DNA of 62,311 bases, counting the filler, from Sphacelaria rigidula (Eukaryota): the NCBI GenBank assembly GCA_964200075.2. It is 4 parts of 4 records of this genome, joined end to end, with 100 filler letters (N's around TTAATTAATTAA, not from the genome) between each part and the next. Parts side by side here need not be neighbours in the genome. Positions count along the whole stretch, not along the records: positions 1 to 15,508 come from CAXNAA020001720.1; 3 more parts are not named here. One strand, written 5' to 3'. Each line of letters begins with the position of its first letter. Within the stretch, counting starts at the first letter, position 1. Below are positions 1 through 12,200 of the stretch, piece after piece. The notes beneath the pieces were generated by a model. The model searched no databases. It saw only the letters and a list, made by a program, of their open reading frames with translations, and was not told the DNA's origin. Made by a program: the position numbers and the translations under genes.

Positions 1-119
1 GTGCATGATCATGAGTCCCCCCCCTCCCATTCCCCCTATGGTGAGACACCCATGAGGCAGTGTATAAGTCGCGGCTGTCTCTGGAAGTGACGATACCAGA
101 AAATTAAGCAGCTGATTGC

Positions 120-375
120 AGGCTGTTGTCCAAATGCAAGGTAATCAGTACGCTTCGGGCCGAACAATCTTGGTAGGATGCAGCTCATCCTTTATGCGAC
201 TCGCCGAACACACCACTGCGCTTCGCGCCTGGTGATGGAGTGCGAGCCTGGTCCGGCGAAAATCCGGCGTGCTTCGTCCCGGCTTTGTAGGGATGCGAGG
301 CCAATGGTCTGATGACTACGGCATGCATGATCATGAGTCCCCCCCCTCCCCTCCCCCCCCCATTCCCCCCCTCCT
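120..375 (+). mobile_element. 3' end of a related non-LTR family ending in a C-rich tail
   Basis: gagcctggt...tgactacggcatgcatgatcatgagt followed by a C-run. The same tail is at 1-38, with further copies at 49430-49626 (+) and 6355-6480 (-). Confidence 0.6.
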
Positions 376-498
376 CGAAAAATGACTAGATGCTCAAAAA
401 CGACGAGTAATACACCATGGAGAGTAGAGGTGGGAATTTACCCGCTTAAAACAAATAGAAACACAAAAACACTAAAATGACAATATAAGGTAAGGATC

Positions 499-1290
499 AT
501 GCCAAGAAAGATATTGCCAGCCATAGTTGATAGGGCCATTTGGGGCAAAGTGGCGGAACAGGGCGGGCTGAAAAAAGGGGGATGGCGCAGTCGAGGACGT
601 ATGGACGACATGGGAGGAAACCAAGACGAGATCATGTCCACAGGGGAATGTGACGGGTACAAGATCACAGTAAGAGACATGGTAGAAATGAGGGGGAAAG
701 AGGCGCTGAGAGGGAAAGTAGACGAGGAAGAGCACCTGAAGATATACGGGGGTTTGAGAGAGGGGATAGGGATAAAAACATATCTGCACGGCCCTATGGA
801 CTCCGCGAAAAAATCGAATTTGCGATTCCGGGTGGGGGGCCTGGACCTACCAGAAACAAGGAAGAGGTATACCAGTAGTCGAGTGGAGGAGGAAGTACAC
901 GCGCAGAATTGTTCATGTGGCAAAGCAGTATAGAGTAGAACTCACACAGTGGCCGAATGTGAACTATACAAGGAGAAGTGGGACGTGTTACAGTAGTGGG
1001 GAAAATGTGGGAAGTAAACGAATACGGCATGCACTCGTTTGGTACATTTATTATATGGTAGCGAGAACACGAGCGCTCTGCTAGGAAATAGACGGTGGCC
1101 ACAGACGGCGAAATAGGACGGGGATAAGATATGTTGAAGGTTTTTGTGTAAAGTACGGAAGAAACGTAATCAGCACTCAAGTATTGGAGGTGTCTCTAGT
1201 AGGAGTAGGAACGGTGGTCCGTCTCGAAAGGGATGCGTTGTCCATGGTCAATGATCAAACGACTAAGGCTAGCAACAAATGAGTACGTCC
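499..1290 (+). mobile_element. 3' portion of a decayed non-LTR retrotransposon (C-terminus of ORF2 with CCHC knuckle)
   Basis: ORF 499-933 reads through one stop into C-S-C-GKAV*SRT-H-TVAE-C, a CxCx8Hx4C knuckle typical of non-LTR ORF2. The degenerate frame continues to ...SRKGCVVHGQ. The 3' end (1187-1290) recurs at 38985-39065 and 44717-44830. Confidence 0.65.
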
Positions 1291-2711
1291 ATCCTCGGAA
1301 AGAGCCGGTAGATATCAAGGAACCAATCCATCTCTTCCCCGGCACCTACCTTGCGATCAAAGGTCGGGCAATGGATTAGGACGTCCGCCATCCATCGAAC
1401 CTTATCTGTAATTCCTGATCTTTCGCGTACTCACTGTTTCGACGACGGAAGCCAGTAAATTTCACCTCCTCTGTCGGGGTTCAAACCCACTACTCCGCCC
1501 AAACTGAGCGACTATATACCAAGTTAAAACTGCGGTGGGGCGGTGACTACTGTTCGCAATGGTGTAAGCCTAATGCCGGGTTACACCGGAGGCGTACTAC
1601 GGTTGAATATTTACTCAATGTGGTCCATGGAATGCAGGCATTGCCGCCCAACCCCCGGGGCAACTGGGAACGAATAGATTGTTACCCAAACAGACCTGAC
1701 CTACCCTACTAAATCTAGGACGTTCATCGAATGGACCAGAGAAACACTACCCAAAAGTACGCATTCCCGGAGGCACATTTCAGATTCATATCCATGTAAA
1801 TTACCTACTCTTCGTAAGACCGGAGGCATTGCAGTGAACATGGAGCCAAACGACGTGCAGCCCATTTATCTTCAGCTGTACTTGGCAGGACACAAGACTT
1901 CGACGTCGGCTCCTAAACTCCACACGAAGTCATGCTGAAATAGCTACAAGATGCTCTGAATTTAATCTCGCACATGTTTCGTGCGCCTGACAGCACACCA
2001 CGGAACGGATACAGCCTTACAAGCGCAGGAAGCGGTGGCGGCGGCGGCGGCGCCGGTTTTGTTCAAGGTAGCGCGACCCTCCTCAGCGCCACCAGCAAGG
2101 GCAGCCGACACCGCCCGAGCATAGTGGTGCCCTTGTTGCCGGCAGTAGGTTCTTGTGAAGAAAACAAATCTTCTCGGCTTCGCCCAGAACCGCTGACTCC
2201 AACGTTGGAGACTGGAGGGAGCAGGAGTAGCAGCAGAGGGAAACGCGGAATCACTGACTCTTCGTCTGGAACGTCGTGTTCTACAGTAGTGACTAGGGCG
2301 TTAGGGAAGGTAAGCATAGTCGTGAATTCAGGTTCTCGTCTTAATGGGGTCTCCCTGATGACACAATATGGCGCCAGGTCCCCATTCATTTCATCCGTCA
2401 TTGTAAACATAAATGTAGGGAGTAGCCAAGATAAAACTCAACCCTAAGGTAGTTTCAGATTTGTATGCTCGTGCAAGTAATTTTGCACGGGCAAAAGCAC
2501 ATAGCAGAAACAGGCCTTTCCACTTCTCTGCGTCATCATCTAAAGCGTGAACGTCCTGTAAAGTAGAGCACCTTGAGAGTTTTGACGTGCAGAGTGTCGA
2601 CTCATGATTCTACCTGGTGCCCTCTGATGCGGTTCCATCTTTATACTCCATTGAAGTGCAAATGAAATATGTCTCTATCTCCTTCGTGCTATGCTATATG
2701 CTATCATACAG

Positions 2712-3046
2712 GCCAAGGCGGTGTCCATACTTCAGGGGGGGCATATTAAACTTAGTCACCCAAGCCTGCGACCTAAGTTATACCTTAGTCCTGGAGATAA
2801 AGGTTACGTCAGCAGTACCGCCGCTTGTGCGGGAAGCGGAGAGAGAGAACCCTTGACAGAAGGCGAACGGCAGGTGAGATCTAGTCGTGTCAAAAACATG
2901 TCGCTCACGCTTCAAATAGGCGTAACTATATCCGGCTTCTTGTGCTGCAGACGGATTTGAGAACTCGAAATATGATATTTTCCGAAGTCCTCCATTCCGA
3001 AGAGATATACTTTGCACATAATTTGGGACGATTTTCGCTCCCAATT
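2712..3046 (+). CDS. Candidate exons (2712-2873, 2951-~3046) of an unidentified spliced gene, weakly cNMP-binding-like
   Basis: catacag|GCC...CAG|gtgaga and ctgcag|ACG splice in phase 0 to give AKAVSILQGGHIKL...LYLSPGDK...ERQ|TDLRTRNMIF. The resemblance to a cNMP domain (ILxGxV...LxPGD) is weak. Confidence 0.35.
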
Positions 3047-4088
3047 GGTTGTTCACTGATCCGAACAGAACATTGCTTCGTGCGGAATGAAATGGGCATG
3101 ATTCAGCTGCTATGTCAAAATACAAAAATTGCTTTTGACCCGCAACTATACTGTAACATGTCCGGTGTTAAAGAGCATGTATTCGATCTCGTAGGCGAAG
3201 AGAAATCGACTTTGAACGTAGAAAAAAGTGTGTGGTCGACGACTTCACTGGTTGATGTGTTATTCAGCGCATGATACATGGAAAATAGCGGTTCTCCGGC
3301 GAATGCAGAGAGTCTAGCACATTGTCGTAGGCAAGGTTTCGACCGAGAAACAGTCCCAAACCATACGCCCGCCCCCCGACCCCCTTTCACTGCCGCCCCC
3401 CTCCTGTTCCTGGCGTGCCCTTTGCTTGCTTCGACATCCTCCTTCCGGGTATGTCCTCCTCTCACTGCGTAGATCTCACACGAGCTGGCCCCCTTCGTGA
3501 GGAAAAAAGCCCCTGCCCTTGGTGAACCTCGCACGTCCTCAGGATTGAGCAAAGCTCGCACGGCCATGACGATGCGGTTGGTATCCAACACGTACGCCTT
3601 TACACGCGGGCAAGACGCACACACGGCGAGTTCAAATGGCGACTTCCCCAAACATTGTTGAAATGTCGAAGGGTGTAGAACATGAGCAGGGATAGAAGGA
3701 ATTTCCGGAAGATGCAGGATTCGTTCCGTGTTGATGATATTGATGGCATCGATGGTGTTGACGCTCTTGGGGGAGCACAGTATGTGAAAGCATGTGGTGT
3801 ATCGTCTTGACAGTCTAGGTGATCGGAAATTTCGACATGAATTTTGAATCCGTTTCCAATACCCCCAACCGGTGACAAGCACATGCCACGCCATTAGGGG
3901 CCTCTGAAAGCTCCTGCTGCACACGACCACGTGATGCCACGCATGTACACCACAGCTCATCGTGATGAAAACATTTCCCAAAACGTTGTTGGTCAGATAC
4001 AAACCTCTGCGCGGTTTCAGTCCTAACCTACGGTCCCAATGAAGATGTTTCCGTCTCCTACTTGGTCGGCGAGGTGATGTATCCAGGG

Positions 4089-4493
4089 TAGAGGTGTTCA
4101 CCGGAAAGGAAAATCGAAAAACCGGTTACCGGATAAGGAGGCGTTATTATGAAAAACAAAAAACCGGTTAAACCGTTTTTTTTCAGCCAGTTTGACCAGT
4201 TCACCGGAAAACCGGTTTAACCGTATAAGCAAGACAAAACGCCTCCAAATCATTGAAATGCAGGTGAATTCGGCGTTGTTGTCGTATGTTTCGTGTGTGA
4301 TGGGTGATGGATACTCTCGAACACACCCATTGCCGGTAACGGCAAGGTTCAATCTCACACCCCCGCACTCCGCACTCCGCACTCCGCACCCGTGCAACAC
4401 CTGTCGATTTTTACAGCACAGTGACTGAAGACTGGTGACAAAGAGTTTTATGCGTGATAGGAAATGGTCTTCGTGATTACGTGAACACTGCTG
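4089..4493. mobile_element. Possible non-autonomous hAT-like element with ACCGGTT subterminal motifs
   Basis: Left end tagaggtgttcacc; right end (reverse complement) cagcagtgttcacg; multiple aaccggtt motifs at 4120-4225. No TSD found. Confidence 0.4.
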
Positions 4494-4497
4494 AACA

Positions 4498-4930
4498 CTG
4501 CTGTTCAAATCTTGCACCTATCCCTACCAAACACAGCGTGTCAAAAATAGAAAATAAAACTATACTCAGGAGTAGTAGATAGTAGTGGGGACCTGAACCG
4601 TTTTTTTTCTAATTTATCGTCACCGGCGATTTTCTCAGGCTCTTCCGTTCGTCACCGCCCATCACATTGGGGATTTGAAGATATTTTTATCCGCTCCACA
4701 TTCAATGAAAACAAAAATCACCTGTACTCAACCGGATACAAGTGTCTTCGAATCCCCAATGTGATGGGCGGTGACAAGCGGAAGAGCCTGAGAAAATCGC
4801 TGGTGACGAAGAAATTATAAAAAGAACGGTTCAGGATCCCACTACTATCTACTACTCCGGAGTACAGTTTTTATTTTCTATTTTTGACACCCTGTGTTTG
4901 GTAGGGATAGGTGCAAGATTTGAACAGCAG
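4498..4930. mobile_element. Fold-back MITE with ~190-bp inverted arms
   Basis: 4498-~4686 (ctgctgttcaaatcttgcacctatccctaccaaacacag...) is the near-perfect reverse complement of ~4740-4930, separated by a ~55-bp spacer. Confidence 0.9.
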
Positions 4931-5599
4931 GACACTGTGCATGCGCATTACACATAGAAAACCAACTCCTGCGCCCCTAACCGGTTGCCCCCCGCATTGT
5001 TGCGTCCCGTACGAAATCGGAAAACTGTAATAGGCGTGGAAGGCAAAAGGTCGAAAAGTGACTTCTACTGGGCCCACCGCTCTGATCGCAGACGACCCCA
5101 ACCCTCCCTCCGGTGACAACAAAGGGGGGGAGAGCAGTTGCGCATTTGATGATGAACTACCAACAACAGGGAAGAGCTGGCGGGCAGCCCCTCCGAGGAT
5201 GCCCGAGCCTGACGAGCCCATCAACCCCTTGTTCCAGAGACAAGTTCTAGGAGCCACTGGCACTGCAGGTAACAATGAGGAATCGTGCAAAGACTTGTAG
5301 CTCGACTGGGTGTACGCGTGGCTTCCGTTATCTCAACGCCTCGATACAGGACCGGTTGTCCTCTCTAATAAACTCGTCCCGCGGACCGGCTGGCATTCGG
5401 TTCCATCATCTCCTAGCGGATCGTCAGTCCTTGAATTCCTGTGAGAGTTGTGCAGGTCATAGCTCATGCGGGTAGCGTTGAAAAAACGTGATACAATAGG
5501 ATGGCCAAATGGCATCCTGGAGTCGGGGAAGGGGCGGAAGAGTTCGAGGAGACGAGGAGACGCGAAGACAAACGCGAATTGGGCTTCCTCCACAGACAA

Positions 5600-6060
5600 G
5601 AGGCTCCTGCGTCGAGAGCCGCCAATCCAAGAGCTGCCACCGCTATTAATAACACAATAGCAGCAACAGCTCGCGAGGAATCCAAGATGGAAATGGCGGA
5701 GAGAGAGTGGAGAATTGCCCGCTTTGTACTCGACTAGGGATGAATGCGGGGAGTTGCGCTAAGACGGAAACTGACGTGCCCCTGTCTTCTCCGATCAGTC
5801 GCGGATATTGTTCATGGTCGGCGATCTTGCGGTGTTCCCTGGAGTGCGTTCACACCCGCTCTACTGTCGTACTGTGTCCTTTGGATTCCATCACTTTTGC
5901 AGCACCCTTCTTCTCTGCCCTCCCTTTCTTTCCCCACCACTCTCGCTCTCCCGGTGTATGCAAGTCGCAGTCTGGTGCCTCGTTCCCGTAAGATTCATGG
6001 TTGAAAGCTCATACCCAAAATAGTGTGGTCGAAATAGATGAGCCGCAATCAGTTCTCACG
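5600..6060. repeat. Dispersed repeat, copy 1 (copy 2 at ~35131-35640)
   Basis: Shared blocks ctcgcgaggaatccaagatggaaat and gagctcatacc...gaaatag.tgagccgcaatc occur in two different contigs. Confidence 0.8.
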
Positions 6061-7739
6061 TCTTCTTGAGTTTTCGATTGGGTACGTGTGCATGTACTTC
6101 TGCGCAAGATCTTTTCCACCTGGAGCCATGTTTTAGCGACCGACTATTTCTAGGCTTTTGCTTTTGTTTTTGTTTTCAGTCTTCTCAGTTCATGTTCTCC
6201 ATCTTTCTGTTTCCTTCATCTTCATCCAGCCAGTGTTTCTGTTTTGGTTTTCTGGAGTACGTTTACCATGAGACCACAGCTGGATCCCTGGGGAATCATT
6301 TGTTCTGCGGTAATTAGTCAATCAAGCAATCGATCAATCAATCAGTCGCTTCTCTAGGGGGGTGGGTGGGGTTGGTTTCATGATCATGCATGCCATACAG
6401 TAGTCATGGGACCGTTGACCTTGCATTCCTACAGAGCACGCCGGGTTCTCGACCGACCAGGCTTAGGGGGGGGGAGGGGGTGCGACATCGAAGTCGATTA
6501 GTGGATGCACTGCATGCTGTTGGCATTGTGTCGTGTTGCTTGAGAAATGATCAACTTCACTTACGGATAATATGATAGGTTACGGCGCTTCGGCACCATC
6601 CTCTTGAGCGGCAGGGGCCCAAGCACTCGGCTTAACTACCCTGACGGGGGCATTGAATCCAGAGACTGATGTGGGATCTGATGGGCTGAGGTCACACTGC
6701 CTTTAACGCCCTCATCGTGCCTGCTACCACAGGTCGGGCTTCCCCATGAGCAATCTCAGACTAAGCGTGTCACTAATGAAAAAACACATGTTTTTTTTTG
6801 TTATTCTATACGCGCGGAATGGCCCATCCGTGTTGCTCAAGCGACTGAAGCAATCGACGCTCTATAGCAAAAAGAACCGTCATTTACACACGTTGCGAGG
6901 CATGCGATAGCAATCACGCTTATTCCATACTACACCCTCACCAACACGAACCACACATCTTCTACAAGCAGGACATATTTCAGAACAAATCCACATTGAC
7001 GTTTGCATACCCGTGCAGGTCGGCGGGCAGCCACTCGAGCTGGAATGATGGACATGATAACCCGTGGGGGAAGTAGCGAAAGAAATCCGACTGGAACGGC
7101 CAGCACCGCCTGTTTGAGCGACGCATTGGGCGTGCGAGCAATGGGAGAAACTGCAGCTCGCTCCGTGATATCGAGGTGGATTAAAAATCGGGAGCAGCGT
7201 CGGCTACGGGACACCAGTGGCAGACCAGATCAACAAGCCCACGGACCCTCAAAGCGGGAGAAAACGACCGGTCGGACGAAATCACCTGCCAAGAGAGGGA
7301 TAGAAATTCGCGCCAAAGGGTCACGGTGAGGAACAGGTTTCGGTGGGAACTTTGGTGCCTTCGTTAGATCAGTGTTTATCATCACATCGCATCTCAGACA
7401 CCATCAGAAGGTCGAAGTCGTTCTCGTCTTGGAGAGAGGCGATTGAAACGCCAGCGGTGTGCGCGTTGGACAGACGTTAGCTTCTCGTATAATTGTTTTG
7501 GGGTCACCCAGCTGGAAGGTTCTGCATGCCTTGCATGCCTACCGCGGCATGGGCGGTGCTCGTTCCCTGTGCGTCGCTTGTGATTGCAGTTGTTTAACCT
7601 GCGAAAAATGGAGGGCTTACATACACACCACGCTTGGCCGCGGTACATCCGAATCGCCATAGACAGGGAAAAATGTGGCCACGGTCTTGCACTATCGTGA
7701 AAAACCCAACTGCGACAAGCATATTCTTCCACGACGTCA

Positions 7740-8430
7740 TCTTGAATTTCCTGTGGACGTCCATCGAGAATATCGGCCTGGGGCGTGGGAATTGTTCGGG
7801 GGCATCCATGTAGGGTCTGAGGCCTGTCCGAGATGTCTATCTGGGCGACGTATATCAACCTGTGATCAACAGAGGGAATATTTATTAGAGACGGTCGCAT
7901 CCATCTGGGATATCTATTTAGGAGCTTCATATCGCTCTGAGATGTCCATGTGGCACTCTCATCCGGGGCTTCTATCTAAAATAGCCATTTCTGCCCACAC
8001 AGGATAACGCCCTTTCACTGCATGCTGACCCAGATGCATAATCGCCAGCGCTTTTGTCAGGGTTCGGTCAGCGTTATAGTTGCGGCTGGAGCCTGGGCAA
8101 GAGCTTTGGTGAGGATTTGCATCCAGGGAAAAATGAGCGACAGGGTATACTAGTTCCAGCAACTGACATGTTCCAGGTGGACTTTCGCGTCTCGACATAT
8201 ATTCCCAGGTCGACGCACATACCCCAGATGTACGTCCCAGACGAATATCTATGTCCCAGATGCAGATCCTCCTCACTGGGCATCCTAGAGAGATTTTTGG
8301 ATATCTTCCAGGCGGATATTCATGTTCCAGAAGCGCCCATGTTCCAGATTGATGCCCACGTCCCAGAGCTCTAGATGGATATCCCACATGACCTGTCCAC
8401 GCCCTCGAGGGATAATCATCTGGGACATTC
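7740..8430. repeat. Degenerate array of short CTGGGATAT/ATCCCAG motifs in both orientations (likely MITE body)
   Basis: Recurring catctggga, tcccaga and ggatatc motifs across the interval. Confidence 0.45.
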
Positions 8431-8438
8431 CAACATCA

Positions 8439-8680
8439 AACACTTTCTACGATAGCCCCCCCCCCCAAAAGCAACCCAGCCAAAAGCTCTCGCGAAGAAA
8501 ATGGTCATACAGCGCCTGGTGTTTGGTTTCAAGCTGCATCAAGCGCCCCCTATGGGCGACATTGGTGGAAACGAACCCAAGCGTGGGAATTCCCAGCTGC
8601 TTGTTGTGCTCACGTTCGATATTGAGGTGCTCACGTCGCAATGACTTGACGCGTGAGGGCTTATGGACAAGAAACATGGT
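8439..8680. mobile_element. Partial copy of the GACACTTTCTACGATAG-TIR MITE
   Basis: Left TIR and ~200 bp of body match 11599-11800. The right TIR is missing. Confidence 0.75.
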
Positions 8681-9214
8681 TTTGTCATGTTCCTCATTTT
8701 CGTGGCTGACTATATTCTTTGGCTTTGTTCGTTTTTCATATTACATATTTGTCGCATTCCCTTTGACGAGCGAATTCCTTTTAATGAGCGAATTCCCTTT
8801 AACGAGCGTTTCCGTTCTGCGTAGCTTGGGTTTATTTGGCAATCTTGAGACCGTGGCTGGATTCCTCTTGTAGACAGTGATCACTTAATGTGCGAGCATT
8901 AATTTATCAATCAATCACGCCATTGCGGCTTGAACGGAGCTTACGGGGAATCGGTCGCCCACCATTTCGAGTAGAGGGTCACTTCGCTCGCAACAAGATA
9001 ACGCAAAAATAATGACTCAGCCCCTGGCTCCCGCACCATTGTAGAGCCATTCGTTAGTGCCTGGTCACCATTCGACAGTACTACGTATTCATTTTTAGTA
9101 TCTTCTGTTTGAACGAGTGCTTAGTCCTCTGAATATCGCTGTGGGTAATTCCCCTTATGTATACGTAATCTCCATATCAGTCTCCCCTTTTACTATGAGA
9201 CTCTTTCCCAATAG

Positions 9215-12200
9215 CTGTACCCAGAGAAGGTCTCGATGAGAAGCAGCTTGATTTGCCGGTTAGCGGTGAATATAGTTGGCATCATTGTTCACCTATTCTT
9301 CGCGTGTGTTGCATGACCAGCGCGTGTTGAATGACCAGCCCGTCAGGTTCCGCAGAAGAATAGCAAATAAGTTTGTCGACAAAGATGTCTTGCTTCCAAT
9401 ACATCTGCTGCAGGTAGTTTCTGCAGTACATACTCTTCAGTATGTTACAATGCATTGACGAGTATACAGAAAAACGCTCGCTGCCGAGTATCATTGCTTC
9501 GAGTAGGCAGGGTAACTTCTGTACAACATCAAAACAACACAGCGGACGAAGCTCCATCTTTCGTTGCTCATCGAAAAACATGATATCGGATGTCCTGTGA
9601 TTGCGCCCGGTTCCCATAAATATGACAGGTTGACCGGAACGGGCAGCGAAGAGGTGGCTAGCAATACGATTTTCAAAACCGTACTGTCGTCTATGGCGAA
9701 ACAAAGGCGAGAGAGCTAAGACGTGCGTCTTCATAATCTGTATATCTGAGTGCATCATTTGTTTTCTTCCAGAAACACTGTCATTTTCACCCATCGCCAG
9801 GTCGTCGTCCTCTCGCCATCGCTCCACCATCTTGGAAAGGCTTGCAAACTGCACACCTAATACCTGTGGCATGCGAAACATTAGTAACCTTCCCCTGTCG
9901 TTGAATGATGCAGACTCAAGGCGGGGCTCAAGGAGATCTCGTCAAATCCGCATGACTTGCTACGTGAAGGGTTCTTAGAGATAGAGCCTGCCAAGCATGG
10001 CAGCACAAGTCTGGGGTGTCACCTCATGAACGGATGGGCCGCGCAGACGGCTGGAAACAGAAGACGGGTGAGTTTCCGGGGTGCACAAAGCAACCAAAGT
10101 GCACCATGACAATGCAATGCTTGGGCGGGCAAACGGAGACTGTCTTAACAATTAAGATGTTACCAACCGTGAGGAAAATGCGTGTCAACCCAAAGATGTC
10201 CGCGATACCGACAGTACTGTCAAATTTACCCGGTTCCTGTTCTTAGTCTACTCTGTTCGTTTTACCCTTCTCTGTTTTCTTCAATTTTCTTCAGCGAGTG
10301 TGTCAGTTTTTTTTTGTCTCGGGTACCTCTATCATATGGATACTGACATAATTACCACGATTGGATCATGACTCCTGGGCGATCAGTGGAAGTAAGACAG
10401 TTATATAAAAATAGAGATCATTCTGTCGTCGAATAGCTATTTGACAAAATTCGCACTTTATGGGACGAAAGTCGGCAGGCGGCAGGAGTGCTGATCATAT
10501 ACTCAATGATAGACGGTCAGGCAAGTACCGGAGAAGATATCGCTCGGTTCCTCGCGAGTACGGACTCGTCTCGAGGAGGGGGGGGATCGAAAGTGTTAGA
10601 AAACAGAGGACATTCGTCACTGTGCACTCCCGCCGGTTCATCGTCGACACAATTGTAAATGTGGAAGACATACAGAGCAAGAAACAAGAGTACATGAAGA
10701 ACTCTAGTCTAGGGTGCTGGGACGTTCACCGTTTTGTCGCTTAGCTTGCGCCCACAAATAGCTCTTGGTCTGCTCTGTTCATCTCCGATTCCTCGGCACA
10801 TGTCAAGTGTACGGGGGGGCGAGGCATTAACATCTGTATACAGTAGTCAGCTAATGATAGTCTCGGGAAAACATTGTTTTCGGTACTGCTGCTCATGAAA
10901 CGTCTCTTGTACCATGCTTCAAATCATTATACAATCAGACTTGCAATTTCATATTGTACTTTACTAAGGTAATGCCAGTAAAATGAAACGAGCCCAAAAT
11001 ATTTTCCTGACGCAAACCCAGCAAGGGTAGTTTATACCGAAATATTACACTGACAGGATAACGACAACGACATTTGATGAACGTTTAGTACCCTCACGAG
11101 CCCCGTCAAGCCTTCCAGAAGCATTCTCCGACCGTCTTGTCCGTCTCATGTGTATACTCGTGTCGCAGTAGTACTCGACGTCTTGCCGCATGTTTTGAAC
11201 GAACTATCTTCCCTAGGCCCTAGGTCACTACCGGACGGCAGTAGCTTCAGAACCTGAGAACGTGAGCGCACTCTTCTGCAAGGCTGTATTGAGCGCACAA
11301 TCTGGCGAATACTTCGATGCCCTCAAGGTGATACTTCCAGATTCCCGCACAAAAACTATGTTTCTGCTTTGGCAGTGACAAAAATAAGGTATGCCTGACG
11401 ATGGTAGATGACTGTGCGATACACTGGTTGCCAAGGCGTTTCGCGATCCGAAAACAGCACAAATTTGAGTCTCGGTTCCCCCCGTTTTGTTTCGCCGAGA
11501 TATCAACACACAGTGCAGCTTTCTTTCTACACATGTACTACCAGAAATGAAAGAAAACTAATGTAGAATCGTGCCGCAAAGCTTCGGGTTCCCCCAGGGA
11601 CACTTTCTACGATAGCCCCCCCCCCAAACCAGCCAAAAAGTGTCACGAAAAAAATGGCCATACAGCGCCTCATGTTTGGGTTCAGACCGCATGAAGCGCG
11701 TCATATTGGCAACATGAGCGAGAACGAACCCAAGCGTGGGAATTCCCACCTGCTCGCTGTGCTCAGCTTTTCCCATTTCGATTTACGCGAAGATTTTGCG
11801 TCCCAAAACCATGCACTTTTTTGGGGGGGGCTATCGTAGAAAGTGTCCAGGGCTGTCTGCTTCCCCGGGAACGATCCAAAAAGGACGGGAAAAAAATGCT
11901 TGTCCTTATCTGCTGTATTTTTTCATCAAACCTTTCTCCCTACAATAACCGGTTGTGGCCACTTCTAAGCAAAGTTTCGGACACTGCCTTACCCTTTCGT
12001 GTCGACTATCGATATGGCCGAGCGGTTTAGCGGTAATAGTCGATGGCGGCATCGTTGCTGTGATTCGGATACGTTCTCGAAACGTGAAGTTTTGCCATCA
12101 TGTCACGGAGGACCGGTCGCCATGTCGATGACGAAACATCAATAAGGAGTAGGTGCCGCTGAATTCACAACGAACGAGTCCCCTGACTACTTCTATTTAT

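Noticed and set aside
3115-4101. 328-aa minus-strand ORF, the longest in the window
   Set aside because: No recognisable domain and an atypical composition; it cannot be supported without a homology search.
9282-9881. 199-aa minus-strand ORF (possible viral or orphan gene)
   Set aside because: It has no recognisable motif and overlaps phase-consistent plus-strand exons of the TPR gene, so it is probably a shadow ORF.
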